From positions 3,569 to 67,568 of the forward strand of contig DASYZL010000011.1 in NCBI GenBank assembly GCA_035946335.1: a stretch of DNA of 64,000 nt, given 5' to 3'. The stretch is from Patescibacteria group bacterium (GTDB taxonomy: Bacteria > Patescibacteriota > Microgenomatia > Levybacterales > UBA12049). The notes beneath the pieces were generated by a model. It was not told where the DNA came from. It saw nothing but the letters and a program-made list of their open reading frames with translations, and made no database searches. Both the position numbers and the translations under genes were made by a program. Below are positions 9,925 through 20,141 of this stretch, in pieces. Each line of letters starts with the position of its first letter. Positions within the stretch are counted from its first letter, which is position 1.

Positions 9925-11418
9925 TTATAATTTTTCTGTCACTTTGTATTCAATGCGTTTTCCAAACATGAGTTGTGTGTGGGATATGATTGCGGGAAGG
10001 GTTGAAAGAAAGAATCCGACCACAGGGAGCAAGACAAATTCCAAAGGGAAGAGAAATTGCTTCAGTTTCGAGCCCTGCTGTTGCATAGGACGATTGCGAA
10101 AATCTATGACGATCATCATGAGTGTTGCAAACAGGCACGACGTCAGAATAAATCCGGCAAGTTGCGGCAGTTTATAGCCAAGGGCAGTACGGGTAAACGC
10201 TGGATTGACAAATGGAATGACGTTTGCCGCAATCGTAATAATAAACCAGTTGACTGGCCAGAGAAAATGGTCCAGGAGAACATGGTACAATAGCAGTGTT
10301 TTTCTCCAGAACGGAACATCAGGAACAGTAAAGTACCATCGGATAAAAAGCGGATCGTCAGAGACACCCCATGACCATCGCCGTTCCTGATCGTATTTGT
10401 TTTTGAGGCTTCTCATATATGTTGCTGAGAGTGGTGCATCCATAGATGTCTTTAACAGAATCGGTTCAACAGTTGTTTGTCCTTTTTGCGCAAAAAATGC
10501 TTTAAAAAAAATGCGGTAATCTTCCGGAATAACATCGGTATCCCAAAAACCAATATCTACAAGCATCTTAAAAGACAAAGAATAGGTTGAGTTGGAAACA
10601 AGGCGGTCTTTTTGTATCAATAATCCTGTTCGCCAGAGTGAACCGAAGAATGAAATGACTCTGACAGGAGCTGGTACCTGCCAGAAGTTATTATACGTGA
10701 CATTTGCTGATTGCCAGAACTTTGTATACCGTTTCGTATCTTGCAGGAATGCATAGCTCAGGTAGGCAAAATATTGATGGTCAAAAATTGAATCAGCATC
10801 AACTGAGGAAATCGTCGCAAAGGCAAGATCGATTTTTTTCGTTTGCACCAGTTCTTTATAGACAATTTTTGCTCCATACGATTCATTGGAAGATTTCCCT
10901 TTGACTTCCCCGGGAATATCGGGATGATATGTTGCTAAAACCGCGCCAAATTGGTTGTTGAATTCTTTTATGAGTGCCTGTGCTTTCGTGTGAGCATCTT
11001 CTTCTCGTTGTTCCATGGCAAGTACAATATACAGGCGTTTGTGTGGAAATGTTTGATGGGTAAGTGCGAGCAGTGTTTCCTGAAGTTTCGTAAGGTGCTC
11101 TTTGTAGTTGGGAATAACAATAACATGCGTCATTTTTTCAAAATCAGGAAGTTTCTCCGCTTTTACCAGCCAATTTACTTTTTCTGCCTGCTTTATTCTA
11201 TTCGTTGCGAGAAACGAATAAATGGCAAGGGAGAATGATTTATAAAACCAGTACAAATCAAAAAAGAGTATAAAAAAACTCAGAAAAAGCGGAACAAAAA
11301 GCGACCCCCAAATAGGAAAAAGGATAAGTGTCCACGAGACAACTCCCGGCAATAATTCAAGAAACCTGCGAGTTTTTATCGGATACCTGCTAAAAATATG
11401 TTGAAAAAAATGCATCAT
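9925..11418 (-). CDS. Membrane-bound family-2 glycosyltransferase. Processive beta-glycan synthase-like (QxxRW motif).
   Basis: N-terminal TM helices. GT-A core motifs VIVIPNYKE and VDADS. A QERRWSWG (QxxRW) motif, then C-terminal TM helices. Confidence 0.65.
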   Translation of the reverse strand: MMHFFQHIFSRYPIKTRRFLELLPGVVSWTLILFPIWGSLFVPLFLSFFILFFDLYWFYKSFSLAIYSFLATNRIKQAEKVNWLVKAEKLPDFEKMTHVIVIPNYKEHLTKLQETLLALTHQTFPHKRLYIVLAMEQREEDAHTKAQALIKEFNNQFGAVLATYHPDIPGEVKGKSSNESYGAKIVYKELVQTKKIDLAFATISSVDADSIFDHQYFAYLSYAFLQDTKRYTKFWQSANVTYNNFWQVPAPVRVISFFGSLWRTGLLIQKDRLVSNSTYSLSFKMLVDIGFWDTDVIPEDYRIFFKAFFAQKGQTTVEPILLKTSMDAPLSATYMRSLKNKYDQERRWSWGVSDDPLFIRWYFTVPDVPFWRKTLLLYHVLLDHFLWPVNWFIITIAANVIPFVNPAFTRTALGYKLPQLAGFILTSCLFATLMMIVIDFRNRPMQQQGSKLKQFLFPLEFVLLPVVGFFLSTLPAIISHTQLMFGKRIEYKVTEKL

Positions 11419-12218
11419 ATGCCAAATAGCTGTTTCGCATTTCGTGTTGTCGCTTCGTCAATGGAAGCAAAAGAAACACCTTTTATGTGCGCTAGGAATT
11501 CACCTACAAGTATAACACGGGATGGTTCATTTCTGCTACGCCGGTATGGAATCGGGGAGAGAAACGGACTGTCTGTTTCAGTAACAATGCGCTCAAGCGG
11601 CGTACGTCGGGCAATCTCAGTAAGTGATACAGTTTCGCCAGGCGCAAGTCCAGGATAGGTGATATTGCCGTCAAAGCCAATAAAAAATCCCAAATCCAGT
11701 GCATCGTGTAATATGTTCAGACTTCCCGCAAAACAGTGAAACATGCCGGGATTATACTGTTTCAAAAAATGTTTTTTCTTTTTCAGAATAGCAATCACAT
11801 CATTTCCCGCGTGACGATTGTGGATTTGAATCGGTAGACTAAGTTTATGTGCAAGTTCGATTTGGGATTCAAAAATTTCCTGCTGCAGGAAACGATCAAC
11901 AATGCCGTTTGACTGGTATCGGTAGTAGTCCATACCGATTTCGCCGATAGCAACAACGTACGGTTGTTTTGCAAGATTCTCCAGTTCATCCAACCAGTCT
12001 GAGGATAAATCATGTTTATCTGCATGGTGCGGATGTACGCCAACAATTGCAGAACAATTGACATATTGTTGGGTAAGTTCAACTGCCTTTTTACTTGAAT
12101 CAAGTTTTGTGCCGGCATTGATGACGCGGCTGACCCCTGCATCAGTTGCGCGTTTCAGTACCGTATCATAGTCTTTTGCAAATGCGTGAAAATTCAGGTG
12201 ACAATGAACATCAATCAT
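11415..12218 (-). CDS. tatD: TatD-family metal-dependent hydrolase/DNase.
   Basis: N-terminal MIDVHCHLNF (HxH). 267 aa with the conserved His/Glu/Asp pattern of TatD. Confidence 0.85.
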   Translation of the reverse strand: MIDVHCHLNFHAFAKDYDTVLKRATDAGVSRVINAGTKLDSSKKAVELTQQYVNCSAIVGVHPHHADKHDLSSDWLDELENLAKQPYVVAIGEIGMDYYRYQSNGIVDRFLQQEIFESQIELAHKLSLPIQIHNRHAGNDVIAILKKKKHFLKQYNPGMFHCFAGSLNILHDALDLGFFIGFDGNITYPGLAPGETVSLTEIARRTPLERIVTETDSPFLSPIPYRRSRNEPSRVILVGEFLAHIKGVSFASIDEATTRNAKQLFGI

Positions 12219-12264
12219 ACTGATAGTATATCGTTTTTGCTGCTATGAAGCATAGTGAGGGTGT

Positions 12265-13704
12265 CTATTGCAAACGTGGAAACAAAGGTTTTTGTGATTG
12301 AATTTCCGGTCCCTGAAACTGTTTGGTTATTGTATCTGCCGTATTAGAAAGAAATGGAGAAAGAAGTCCTGCAATTTCCTGTAACTGGTCAACAGCGTGG
12401 GATAAAACATCTTTTACCCGTGGATTGACATTTTTCAATAAATCCCATGGTTTTTCCTGGTCAAGATATCCATCAAGTTCTCTGATTTTTTTCCACACAA
12501 CAGCAATTGCGTCAGAAAAACGATACTCCACTAAAGCTTTACTATACGCGTCTGTATTGACAACGTGTGATATTTCACTATTGATCGGCCTGCTTTCAAT
12601 ATGGCGGGAAGTTTCACACAGTTTGGCAACCCGCGCCACAAGGTTTCCCAGGCCATTAGCGAGGTCTGCGTTGTATACTTCTTTAAATTTATCCCACGAA
12701 AAGTTACTGTCTTCCCATGGGTGAATTTTTGCTAGTAAATAGTACCGAAGCGCGTCAGTTCCGTATATATCGACAACTTCAAATGGATTAATGACATTTC
12801 CTAAACTCTTACTCATTTTTTGTCCTTCAACAGTCATAAACCCGTGAATAAAAATCTGCTTGGAACTGGGAAGTCCTGCGGAAAAAAGCATCGCTTGCCA
12901 CATTGCTGCTTGCTGTCTCACTTGGTCTTTACCGGCAAATTGTACAACAGGCCAAAATGTTTTGAATTGCTTTTCGTCATCAGGCCAGCCGATAGTAGAG
13001 ATATAGTTAATAAGTGCGTCAAACCATACATACATCACATGCTTGTTATCGTCGGGCACATCAATGCCCCATGGCATTTTGCTTTTAAGCCGTGAAATAC
13101 TGAAATCTTCCAACCCGCTTGTAACAAATGAAATAATTTCATTAAACTTGCTTTGTGGTACAACAAAATCAGGATTTGACGCATAAAAATCCAGTAGTGG
13201 TTGCTGATATTTGGAGAAGCGAAAAAAATAGTTTTCTTCTTCATATATTTGCAGTTCAAGATTCGGATGTAACACGCATGTTCCATTCACTAGTTCTGAA
13301 TCAGTTTTTTCCAGTTCGCAGCCAACACAATATTTAATTTTGTAGAATTTTTTATAAATATCACCATGCGCTTTACAGCGATTCCAGAATTCCTGTGCCG
13401 CTGCTATATGATGTGCATCTGTCGTGCGGACAAAATTTGTATAGCTGAGAGATAGTGCGTTTTTGAGGGCTTTAAATTTTTCCGCATACATATCACTATA
13501 TGTTTTCGGAGACATGTGTGCTTCCAGAGCCTTTTCATAAATTTTTTGTCCATGCTCATCGGTGCCGGTGTTAAATACCACTGTTTCACCAAGAAGACGA
13601 TGATATCGCGCAATAACGTCAGCCTGAATTATTTCTAAAGCAAATCCAATATGAGGATCAGCATTTACATAAGGAGTTGTCGTTGTATTATAAAATGTTT
13701 TCAT
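12265..13704 (-). CDS. metG: Methionyl-tRNA synthetase (short form without the C-terminal tRNA-binding domain).
   Basis: Class I motifs PYVNADPHIGF (HIGH-like) and KMSKSLGN (KMSKS). 479 aa. Confidence 0.9.
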   Translation of the reverse strand: MKTFYNTTTTPYVNADPHIGFALEIIQADVIARYHRLLGETVVFNTGTDEHGQKIYEKALEAHMSPKTYSDMYAEKFKALKNALSLSYTNFVRTTDAHHIAAAQEFWNRCKAHGDIYKKFYKIKYCVGCELEKTDSELVNGTCVLHPNLELQIYEEENYFFRFSKYQQPLLDFYASNPDFVVPQSKFNEIISFVTSGLEDFSISRLKSKMPWGIDVPDDNKHVMYVWFDALINYISTIGWPDDEKQFKTFWPVVQFAGKDQVRQQAAMWQAMLFSAGLPSSKQIFIHGFMTVEGQKMSKSLGNVINPFEVVDIYGTDALRYYLLAKIHPWEDSNFSWDKFKEVYNADLANGLGNLVARVAKLCETSRHIESRPINSEISHVVNTDAYSKALVEYRFSDAIAVVWKKIRELDGYLDQEKPWDLLKNVNPRVKDVLSHAVDQLQEIAGLLSPFLSNTADTITKQFQGPEIQSQKPLFPRLQ

Positions 13705-13782
13705 TGTGCAATTGTAGCAAAAACTGAATAAAGAAGCGAGAAATGTACTATAATAAAAGAAAAATTTCGTGAAATAGTATTT

Positions 13783-14205
13783 CTATGCTGGTGTCAGTGC
13801 AGTATAGCCGTTTTTGCTAAATACCATATCAAATCCATAGATACGTTTTGTCTTAAACCGATCAGCACAAGCCGTAAGCATACAATCCGTAAGACTGACA
13901 CGCTCGTTTTGTTCCTGAAACTTCGCGAGCGCGTACTGTCTCATTGCTTCATCAGAATCTACGATCAGGGATGTGCTTTCCTGTAAAAAATTGTCCATAG
14001 CGGCAGCATGATTTGCTTTTTTTCCAAGAATGTTGATGATTTCGGTAAACACATCATGAGGAAGAATAATAGTGCCTGTTACTTTGAACAATTTTTCGCC
14101 TTCTGTGATAACTATGGCATGATTACGGTTTGTATCTGATGAGAGAGAAAAGAACCCACTGGTATCGGCATCGGTTCTTTCATGTATTGTATAAATACTC
14201 GTCAA
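13783..14205 (-). CDS. PIN-domain (VapC-like) toxin, putative.
   Basis: 140 aa. A DTS motif lies near the N-terminus. C-terminal acidic motifs (SLTDCMLTACADRF and IYGFDMVF) resemble PIN conserved Asp positions. It overlaps the upstream RHH-like gene by about 26 nt. Confidence 0.45.
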   Translation of the reverse strand: MTSIYTIHERTDADTSGFFSLSSDTNRNHAIVITEGEKLFKVTGTIILPHDVFTEIINILGKKANHAAAMDNFLQESTSLIVDSDEAMRQYALAKFQEQNERVSLTDCMLTACADRFKTKRIYGFDMVFSKNGYTALTPA

Positions 14206-14431
14206 TCTTTTGCGAAGTATCTTTTGGCGCGTGGACGTGTATGGTTGTGAGTTTTAGCAATGCCTGCCCGATAGTAGACGCTTTCTGTTTGTGTGTAAGT
14301 CCAGAGGTTAACAAATCGCGGATTACTTGTACTGCTGATTTCTTTTCCTGCTTCGCAACTGTGGTAATGGTTTGATACAAGCTCTTTGGTAAATAGACTT
14401 GCGTTCTAATCATATGGTTACTGTATATCAC
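14180..14431 (-). CDS. Ribbon-helix-helix (CopG/VapB-like) antitoxin, putative.
   Basis: Small ORF with the N-terminus MIRTQVYLPKSLYQTI, typical of RHH DNA-binding proteins. It lies immediately upstream of, and overlaps, the PIN-like gene. Confidence 0.45.
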   Translation of the reverse strand: MIYSNHMIRTQVYLPKSLYQTITTVAKQEKKSAVQVIRDLLTSGLTHKQKASTIGQALLKLTTIHVHAPKDTSQKIDEYLYNT

Positions 14432-14485
14432 ATATCATAAAGCTTGTTAACATGAATGATTCGGAGAATCTATGTAACTTTGCAG

Positions 14486-14824
14486 TCAATTGTTTTTCTT
14501 GAAAAAGAAAACTTCCAGGCTAATAAAAATTGCAAGGAGCATAAGCAGGAAAAAAATATGTTTCAGTCCAAAATACCGTAGAGATAGGTAGCTGATGACA
14601 AAAAGGGTAACGAGAAAACCTTGTAACATGGTGCGAAACAAATAGCTAGTGAAGAAAAAAATCGTTACCAAAACACCAGTTACGACAAAAGGGAATAAGG
14701 GAATGCGATAGCTGTTCAGTGGAAGGGAAAACGTTGGGGGATAAGAAATGATTGCATATAAAGATAGCCCACCAAGCAACACTGCGAGGAGAAAAAAATG
14801 AAACGGGCGTTTCTTGACACGCAT
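14486..14824 (-). CDS. Hypothetical small membrane protein.
   Basis: 112-aa ORF with 3 hydrophobic helices. Confidence 0.3.
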   Translation of the reverse strand: MRVKKRPFHFFLLAVLLGGLSLYAIISYPPTFSLPLNSYRIPLFPFVVTGVLVTIFFFTSYLFRTMLQGFLVTLFVISYLSLRYFGLKHIFFLLMLLAIFISLEVFFFKKNN

Positions 14825-14853
14825 AGGGAAATGATAACAGAAAGAAAACCTCT

Positions 14854-14888
14854 TGACATGATCTAGCAGTCATGTTATTATTCTGCTA
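14854..14888 (+). promoter_or_regulatory. hrcA operon promoter (TTGACA 14854-14859 and TATTAT 14876-14881) with a degenerate CIRCE-like inverted repeat TAGCAG-N13-CTGCTA (14864-14888).
   Basis: Read directly upstream of the hrcA start. The IR cores match the CIRCE TAGCAC/GTGCTA cores at 5 of 6 positions. Confidence 0.35.
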
Positions 14889-14899
14889 ATTCATATTAT

Positions 14900-15631
14900 A
14901 TGCATGACTTAACGCAACGGCAAGTACAAATATTACGGAGTCTTATTGAAGAATATATTAATACGGCAGAGCCGGTTGGCTCTGAAACTCTTGAAAAAAA
15001 GCATAACCTTTCTGCTTCCCCCGCAACTATCCGCAATGAAATGGTTCGACTTGAAGAATTAGGATACCTGAAAAAACCCCATACCTCAGCAGGCAGGATT
15101 CCAACAGCAATTGCGATGAAATTTTACGTCAAGCAACTCATGAAAGAAAAAGAGCTATCAGTCTCAGAAGAAGTCGCCCTCAAAGAACGTGTTTGGGATT
15201 ACCGTGAGCACGAAGCGCAATGTCTTCGTGCTGTAGTAAAATCACTAGCTGAAAAGACCCGCGCTCTTGCTGTTGTTACAACAAACGATGGTGATGTGTA
15301 TGTGGCAGGATATGCAAATATTCTGGATATGCCTGAGTTTTATGATATTGATATCACAAAAAATCTTCTCCTTGCTCTGGACGAATTCGATATTCTCGCC
15401 AGTATTTTTTCAGGAGTGCACGACGATGAAGATATACACGTTTTATTAGATGAAGAATTAGGTCCCCGGCTCAAAGGTCCGTATGGATTTGTATACACAA
15501 ATTACCACACACCGCTTCATCTTAAAGGTGAAGTTGGCGTATTGGGGCCAACACGGCTCAATTATACATCAGTTATTCCAACGGTTCGATACTTTGGTGA
15601 TTTAATTGAAGAAATCGCAAAGGGTTGGTAA
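14900..15631 (+). CDS. hrcA: Heat-inducible transcriptional repressor HrcA (short form, 243 aa).
   Basis: N-terminus LTQRQVQILRSLIEEYINTAEPVGSETL is the canonical HrcA winged-helix region. It is the first gene of the grpE-dnaK-dnaJ operon. Confidence 0.85.
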   Translation: MHDLTQRQVQILRSLIEEYINTAEPVGSETLEKKHNLSASPATIRNEMVRLEELGYLKKPHTSAGRIPTAIAMKFYVKQLMKEKELSVSEEVALKERVWDYREHEAQCLRAVVKSLAEKTRALAVVTTNDGDVYVAGYANILDMPEFYDIDITKNLLLALDEFDILASIFSGVHDDEDIHVLLDEELGPRLKGPYGFVYTNYHTPLHLKGEVGVLGPTRLNYTSVIPTVRYFGDLIEEIAKGW

Positions 15632-15635
15632 TACT

Positions 15636-16148
15636 ATGGACGAACAGAAGAAAAAAGAAAAAAAAGAGGAAGGACAACAGGAAGAAATCGAAGCAGAGAC
15701 AGTCGTAACAGAGGGGGAAGAGAAGCATGTACAAAGAGAATTACAGGTAGTAACTGAACTTGCAAGGCAATTTGAAAATCAGGCAAAACGATTGGCAGCA
15801 GATTATCAGAATTTGCAAAAGAGAACACGGGAAGAAAAAAGCGAATGGATTGGTTCAGCAAGTAAAGATTTGATCTTGAAAATCTTACCGGTTTTAGATA
15901 CACTGTTTTTAGCGCAAAAGCATGTGCAGGATAAAGGGTTAGCGTTAGCTATTGATCAATTTACGAAAATACTTGAGAACGAGGGTTTAGAACGAATTGA
16001 AACGGTTGGTAAACAGTTTGACCCAATAACAATGGAAGCAGTGACAACGCAGGAAGGAGAGGCAGGAAAAGTTCTGGAAGAAGTGCGGGTAGGATACATG
16101 ATGCATGGAATGCTTATCCGTTCAGCGCAGGTTATTGTAGGACAATAA
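15636..16148 (+). CDS. grpE: Nucleotide exchange factor GrpE.
   Basis: Lys/Glu-rich N-terminus and coiled coil. The C-terminal domain (FDPITMEAV...[16 protein letters not shown]) is typical of GrpE. Start chosen at the internal Met to avoid the hrcA overlap. Confidence 0.85.
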   Translation: MDEQKKKEKKEEGQQEEIEAETVVTEGEEKHVQRELQVVTELARQFENQAKRLAADYQNLQKRTREEKSEWIGSASKDLILKILPVLDTLFLAQKHVQDKGLALAIDQFTKILENEGLERIETVGKQFDPITMEAVTTQEGEAGKVLEEVRVGYMMHGMLIRSAQVIVGQ

Positions 16149-16167
16149 AGGTAAACGAAAGGGATAT

Positions 16168-18081
16168 ATGGCAAAAATTATTGGTATTGATTTAGGAACA
16201 ACAAATTCATGTGTAGCTGTCATGGAAGGTGGACAGCCAAAAGTTATCCATTCAGCAGAAGGGCGAAATGTTATTCCTTCTGTAGTGGATCCGAAAACAC
16301 ATGTTGTCGGTGACGTTGCAAAACGCCAGATGGTATTAAAACCACTTGAAACTATCTATTCGGTAAAACGATTGATCGGACGCAAATTTTCTGATCCGTC
16401 GGTTCAGCGCGATATGAAATTGCTTCCCTATAAAATTAAAGCAGGACGCGATGATATGGCAGTTGTTGAAGTTGACGGGAAAACCTACACGCCACAGGAG
16501 ATTTCTGCAATGGTATTACAAAAGATTAAAGCAGATGCGGAAAGTTATTTGGGTGAAAAAGTAACGGCAGCGGTTATTACTGTCCCTGCATATTTTGACG
16601 ATTCCCAACGTCAGGCAACGAAACAGGCAGGTGAAATTGCCGGGCTTGATGTGCAGCGGATTATCAACGAGCCAACCGCTGCGGCACTTGCTTATGGCCT
16701 TGATAAGAAAAACGCGCACACGATTGCTGTATATGACTTGGGTGGAGGAACATTTGACATTTCCATTCTTGAACTGGGTGATGGTGTCTATGAGGTGAAA
16801 GCAACGAATGGTGATACGCATTTGGGCGGGGATGATTTTGACCAACTGATTATTAATTATTTGGCTGATGAGTTTAAAAAGGAAAACAACATTGATCTTC
16901 GAAAAGATCCGCAAGCACTGCAACGGCTTAAAGAGGCGGCAGAAAAAGCAAAAATAGAATTATCTTCCTCACAGGAAGCTCAAATTAATCAGCCCTTTAT
17001 CACACAGGGACCAAACGGGCCATTGCATTTGACCATGACGTTGACCCGGGCAAAACTTGAGCAAATTTGCGATGATCTCATTCAAAAAACGCTCAAGCCG
17101 GTTGAAAAAGCGTTGGCCGACGCAAAGAAAAAAGTTAGTGATATTGATGAAGTTGTACTCGTTGGCGGCATGACGAGAATGCCAAAGATTATTGAAACAG
17201 TGACGAAATTTTTTGGCAAGGAACCGAATAAATCAGTGAACCCTGATGAAGTTGTTGCGGTGGGCGCGGCAGTGCAGGGAGGGGTTTTAGCAGGTGAAGT
17301 CAATGATATTTTGCTTCTTGATGTTACTCCCCTTACGTTAGGTCTTGAAACAATGGGCGCTGTATCAACATCGCTTATTTCGAGAAATACAACCATTCCG
17401 ACAAGCAAGTCACAGGTGTTTTCAACAGCAGCTGATAATCAAACACAGGTAGAGATTAATGTGCTGCAGGGAGAACGTCCAATGGCAGCAGATAATAAGT
17501 CATTGGGGCGGTTTATTCTTGACGGTATTCCTCCTGCGCCGCGTGGCGTTCCGCAAATTGAAGTGACGTTTGATATTGATGCGTCAGGTATTTTATCTGT
17601 CAAAGCAAAAGATAAAGCAACGGGTAAAGAACAGTCCATTAAAATTACCGGTTCAACAGGTCTCTCCAAAGAAGAAATTGAGAAAATGACCAAAGAGGCA
17701 GAGATGCACGCAAAGGAAGACGCGGAGAAAAAAGAAACAATTGAAGCAAAGAATATGGCAGACAGTCTTATCTTTACCGCGGAAAAAGCGCTCAAAGATG
17801 CCGGCGACAAAGCGCCAGCTGATATTACATCCCAAGTGGAAGAAAAAATAAAAGCACTCAAAGATATTCTGGAAAGTGCAAATAAGGAAGAGTTGGAAGC
17901 AAAAACAAAAGAATTGTCTGAAGTGTTGCAAAAAGTCGGTGAACAACTATATAAAGCAGCGGGTGATCAGTCAGCAACGCCAACGCCCCCTGATGCTTCG
18001 CAGGAAATTGAAAAGGAGGAGAAAGAAGGGAAAACAGACGATAAAAAAGACGAAGCGCAAGAAGGAGAAGTTGTCGAGTAA
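16168..18081 (+). CDS. dnaK: Molecular chaperone DnaK (Hsp70).
   Basis: 637 aa with canonical Hsp70 motifs ([34 protein letters not shown]). Acidic C-terminal tail. Confidence 0.96.
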   Translation: MAKIIGIDLGTTNSCVAVMEGGQPKVIHSAEGRNVIPSVVDPKTHVVGDVAKRQMVLKPLETIYSVKRLIGRKFSDPSVQRDMKLLPYKIKAGRDDMAVVEVDGKTYTPQEISAMVLQKIKADAESYLGEKVTAAVITVPAYFDDSQRQATKQAGEIAGLDVQRIINEPTAAALAYGLDKKNAHTIAVYDLGGGTFDISILELGDGVYEVKATNGDTHLGGDDFDQLIINYLADEFKKENNIDLRKDPQALQRLKEAAEKAKIELSSSQEAQINQPFITQGPNGPLHLTMTLTRAKLEQICDDLIQKTLKPVEKALADAKKKVSDIDEVVLVGGMTRMPKIIETVTKFFGKEPNKSVNPDEVVAVGAAVQGGVLAGEVNDILLLDVTPLTLGLETMGAVSTSLISRNTTIPTSKSQVFSTAADNQTQVEINVLQGERPMAADNKSLGRFILDGIPPAPRGVPQIEVTFDIDASGILSVKAKDKATGKEQSIKITGSTGLSKEEIEKMTKEAEMHAKEDAEKKETIEAKNMADSLIFTAEKALKDAGDKAPADITSQVEEKIKALKDILESANKEELEAKTKELSEVLQKVGEQLYKAAGDQSATPTPPDASQEIEKEEKEGKTDDKKDEAQEGEVVE

Positions 18082-18111
18082 CAATACTCTTTTATCCCCG
18101 GTAAGTTTCCC

Positions 18112-18954
18112 ATGAATGCCAAAGAACTACAACGCTATAGCCCGTACGCACTCCTAGGCACACCAGTTGATATTTCCTTAAGTACAGCAGCTATCCATAA
18201 TCATACAAAACCTTATTCCGACGGATTTGCTTCCCCGGAAGCGTATGTTGATACGGTGCTCGGAGAATACGGTGTTGATTTGCTGATTATTACAGACCAC
18301 AATTCTCTAAAAGGTTCAGAAAAAGCGATGGAGTACGCTGTTCACTTGGGATACGGTGGGGATCGGGTCATGAGCGGCGTAGAGGTGACAACGAGCGATG
18401 GACATGTTCTGGCAATCGGAGTGGATGGCGAAATTCCTCGTGATCGTTCAGCTGAGGAAACAAATTACCTTATTCATAAAAAACATGGGTTATCATTTGT
18501 TGCTCATCCGCAGCTTCGCTTTGCAAAAGGAATGCGAAGGGAGAGGATTCGGAAAGTTATGGAAAACCCATACAAGAATCGTCAATTTGATGGTCTGGAA
18601 GGATTGAACGGTTCGGGAGAAGCGATGAGAAATACCTTTTTATTAGGAACATTACTGTTTCCCGAAAACAGCAATAGAGAGGCATTGTGTTTATGGGAGC
18701 AAGACATGGTGGAACGTCTTGCGCTCATTGGCGGCATGGATGAACATGGAAAAAGAAATATGGTAACAGTGTTGACGCAATATCCAGGACATGATTTCCG
18801 GGAAGCGATAAAAAAGCGGCAAACACGTGTGATATACTTGCCCGAAAGGTTACAAGGGAAACACGCTTTTGAAGAAGCAGGTTATATGATTGGAGCTGTA
18901 TTGAAAACAAAATATACATGGTATATGCATCATAAGAGAATTGGGGGAGATTAA
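18112..18954 (+). CDS. PHP-domain metal-dependent phosphoesterase.
   Basis: PHP motifs HNH (AIHNHTKP), ITDHN and FVAHP are present. 280 aa. It is inserted between dnaK and dnaJ. Confidence 0.65.
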   Translation: MNAKELQRYSPYALLGTPVDISLSTAAIHNHTKPYSDGFASPEAYVDTVLGEYGVDLLIITDHNSLKGSEKAMEYAVHLGYGGDRVMSGVEVTTSDGHVLAIGVDGEIPRDRSAEETNYLIHKKHGLSFVAHPQLRFAKGMRRERIRKVMENPYKNRQFDGLEGLNGSGEAMRNTFLLGTLLFPENSNREALCLWEQDMVERLALIGGMDEHGKRNMVTVLTQYPGHDFREAIKKRQTRVIYLPERLQGKHAFEEAGYMIGAVLKTKYTWYMHHKRIGGD

Positions 18955-18956
18955 CT

Positions 18957-19832
18957 ATGGGACAAGATTACTATCAGATTCTTGGAGTCAGTAAAGGTGC
19001 AGCTGCGGATGAAATAAAACGCGCGTATCGCAAGCTGGCTTTGCAATATCATCCTGACAGAAACAAATCGCCGGAAGCAGCGGAAAAATTTAAAGAAGTT
19101 ACCAAGGCATACGAAGTGCTATCTGATGAGCAGAAGCGAAAAACATATGACCAGTTTGGCGCTGCGGCGTTTGAGCAGGGCGGGCCAGCAGGCCAGGGGC
19201 CATTCGGAGGTGGTTTTGGTGGACAGTACGGACCGTTTACGTATACATACACAACAAACGGAAACACTGATGGATTTGATTTTGGCGGATTTTCCGATCC
19301 GTTTGAAATTTTTGAACAGTTTTTTGGTGGCACTTCTCCATTTGGTAGGGCAGCACGGCGTCCTGTCTATTCACTGGCTATCGATTTCTTCGAAGCAGTT
19401 AAGGGAACAACAAAACGGGTGACTATCGATGGGAAAGAAGAAACCATTAAAATTCCGGCAGGCGTTGACAACGGATCTCGAATCCGTTTCGAAAAGTACG
19501 ATATCGTCGTTGAAGTAGCCCAAAGTAAAAAATTTGTGAGAGAGGGATATGATATTGTGACTGAGCAAGAAATTCCTTTTACCAAAGCGGTTCTTGGGAC
19601 AGAGTTATCAGTTGAGACAATTGACGGACCAATTACAGTGAAAATTCCGGCAGGAACACAGCCAAATACCATGATGCGACTTCGCGGAAAAGGCGTACAA
19701 CACGTACGGGGAACCGGAAGAGGCGACCAGTATCTGCGAATAAAAATAGTTATACCAAAGCATGTGACACACGAACAAAAGGAATTAATTGAGAAATTAG
19801 ATAGCTTGAAAGAGAAAAAAGGCTGGTTTTAA
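18957..19832 (+). CDS. dnaJ: DnaJ-family co-chaperone (class B / CbpA-like, no zinc-finger domain).
   Basis: J-domain with HPD (YHPDRN), Gly/Phe-rich linker, and C-terminal substrate-binding domains. No CxxCxGxG repeats. Confidence 0.85.
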   Translation: MGQDYYQILGVSKGAAADEIKRAYRKLALQYHPDRNKSPEAAEKFKEVTKAYEVLSDEQKRKTYDQFGAAAFEQGGPAGQGPFGGGFGGQYGPFTYTYTTNGNTDGFDFGGFSDPFEIFEQFFGGTSPFGRAARRPVYSLAIDFFEAVKGTTKRVTIDGKEETIKIPAGVDNGSRIRFEKYDIVVEVAQSKKFVREGYDIVTEQEIPFTKAVLGTELSVETIDGPITVKIPAGTQPNTMMRLRGKGVQHVRGTGRGDQYLRIKIVIPKHVTHEQKELIEKLDSLKEKKGWF

Positions 19833-19946
19833 AGACCGATTTTTGCATACAAATTTCCATCCTCTATTTCACGTACACTTCTTATTGTAGAACACTCAAA
19901 ATCTTTTTCGTTTTCTTTGTGTTAATGGTATAATGCAACTACTTTT

Positions 19947-20033
19947 GGAGAGGTGCTGGAGTGGTCGATCAGGATAGTCTTGAAAACTATTAAGTGCGTA
20001 AGCTCTTCGTGGGTTCGAATCCCACCCTCTCCG
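19947..20033 (+). tRNA. tRNA-Ser (anticodon UGA), class II with a long variable arm.
   Basis: Acceptor GGAGAGG/CCTCTCC. Anticodon arm ATAGT-CTTGAAA-ACTAT with U33. T-arm GTGGG-TTCGAAT-CCCAC. No encoded CCA. Confidence 0.8.
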
Positions 20034-20141
20034 CATCCATTCCTAGCTTCGTTTTCTTCACGCTTCTTTTATTAGTTAGTTGGGAAATAACTGATGACTA
20101 TTTCTGAACTTGCAGGAGAGTGAAAATTACCTGTATATAGG

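Noticed and set aside
14824-14900. Canonical CIRCE (TTAGCACTC-N9-GAGTGCTAA) upstream of hrcA or groES
   Set aside because: No exact or near-exact CIRCE is present. Only degenerate TAGCA-containing inverted repeats were found, and I report them as low-confidence candidates.
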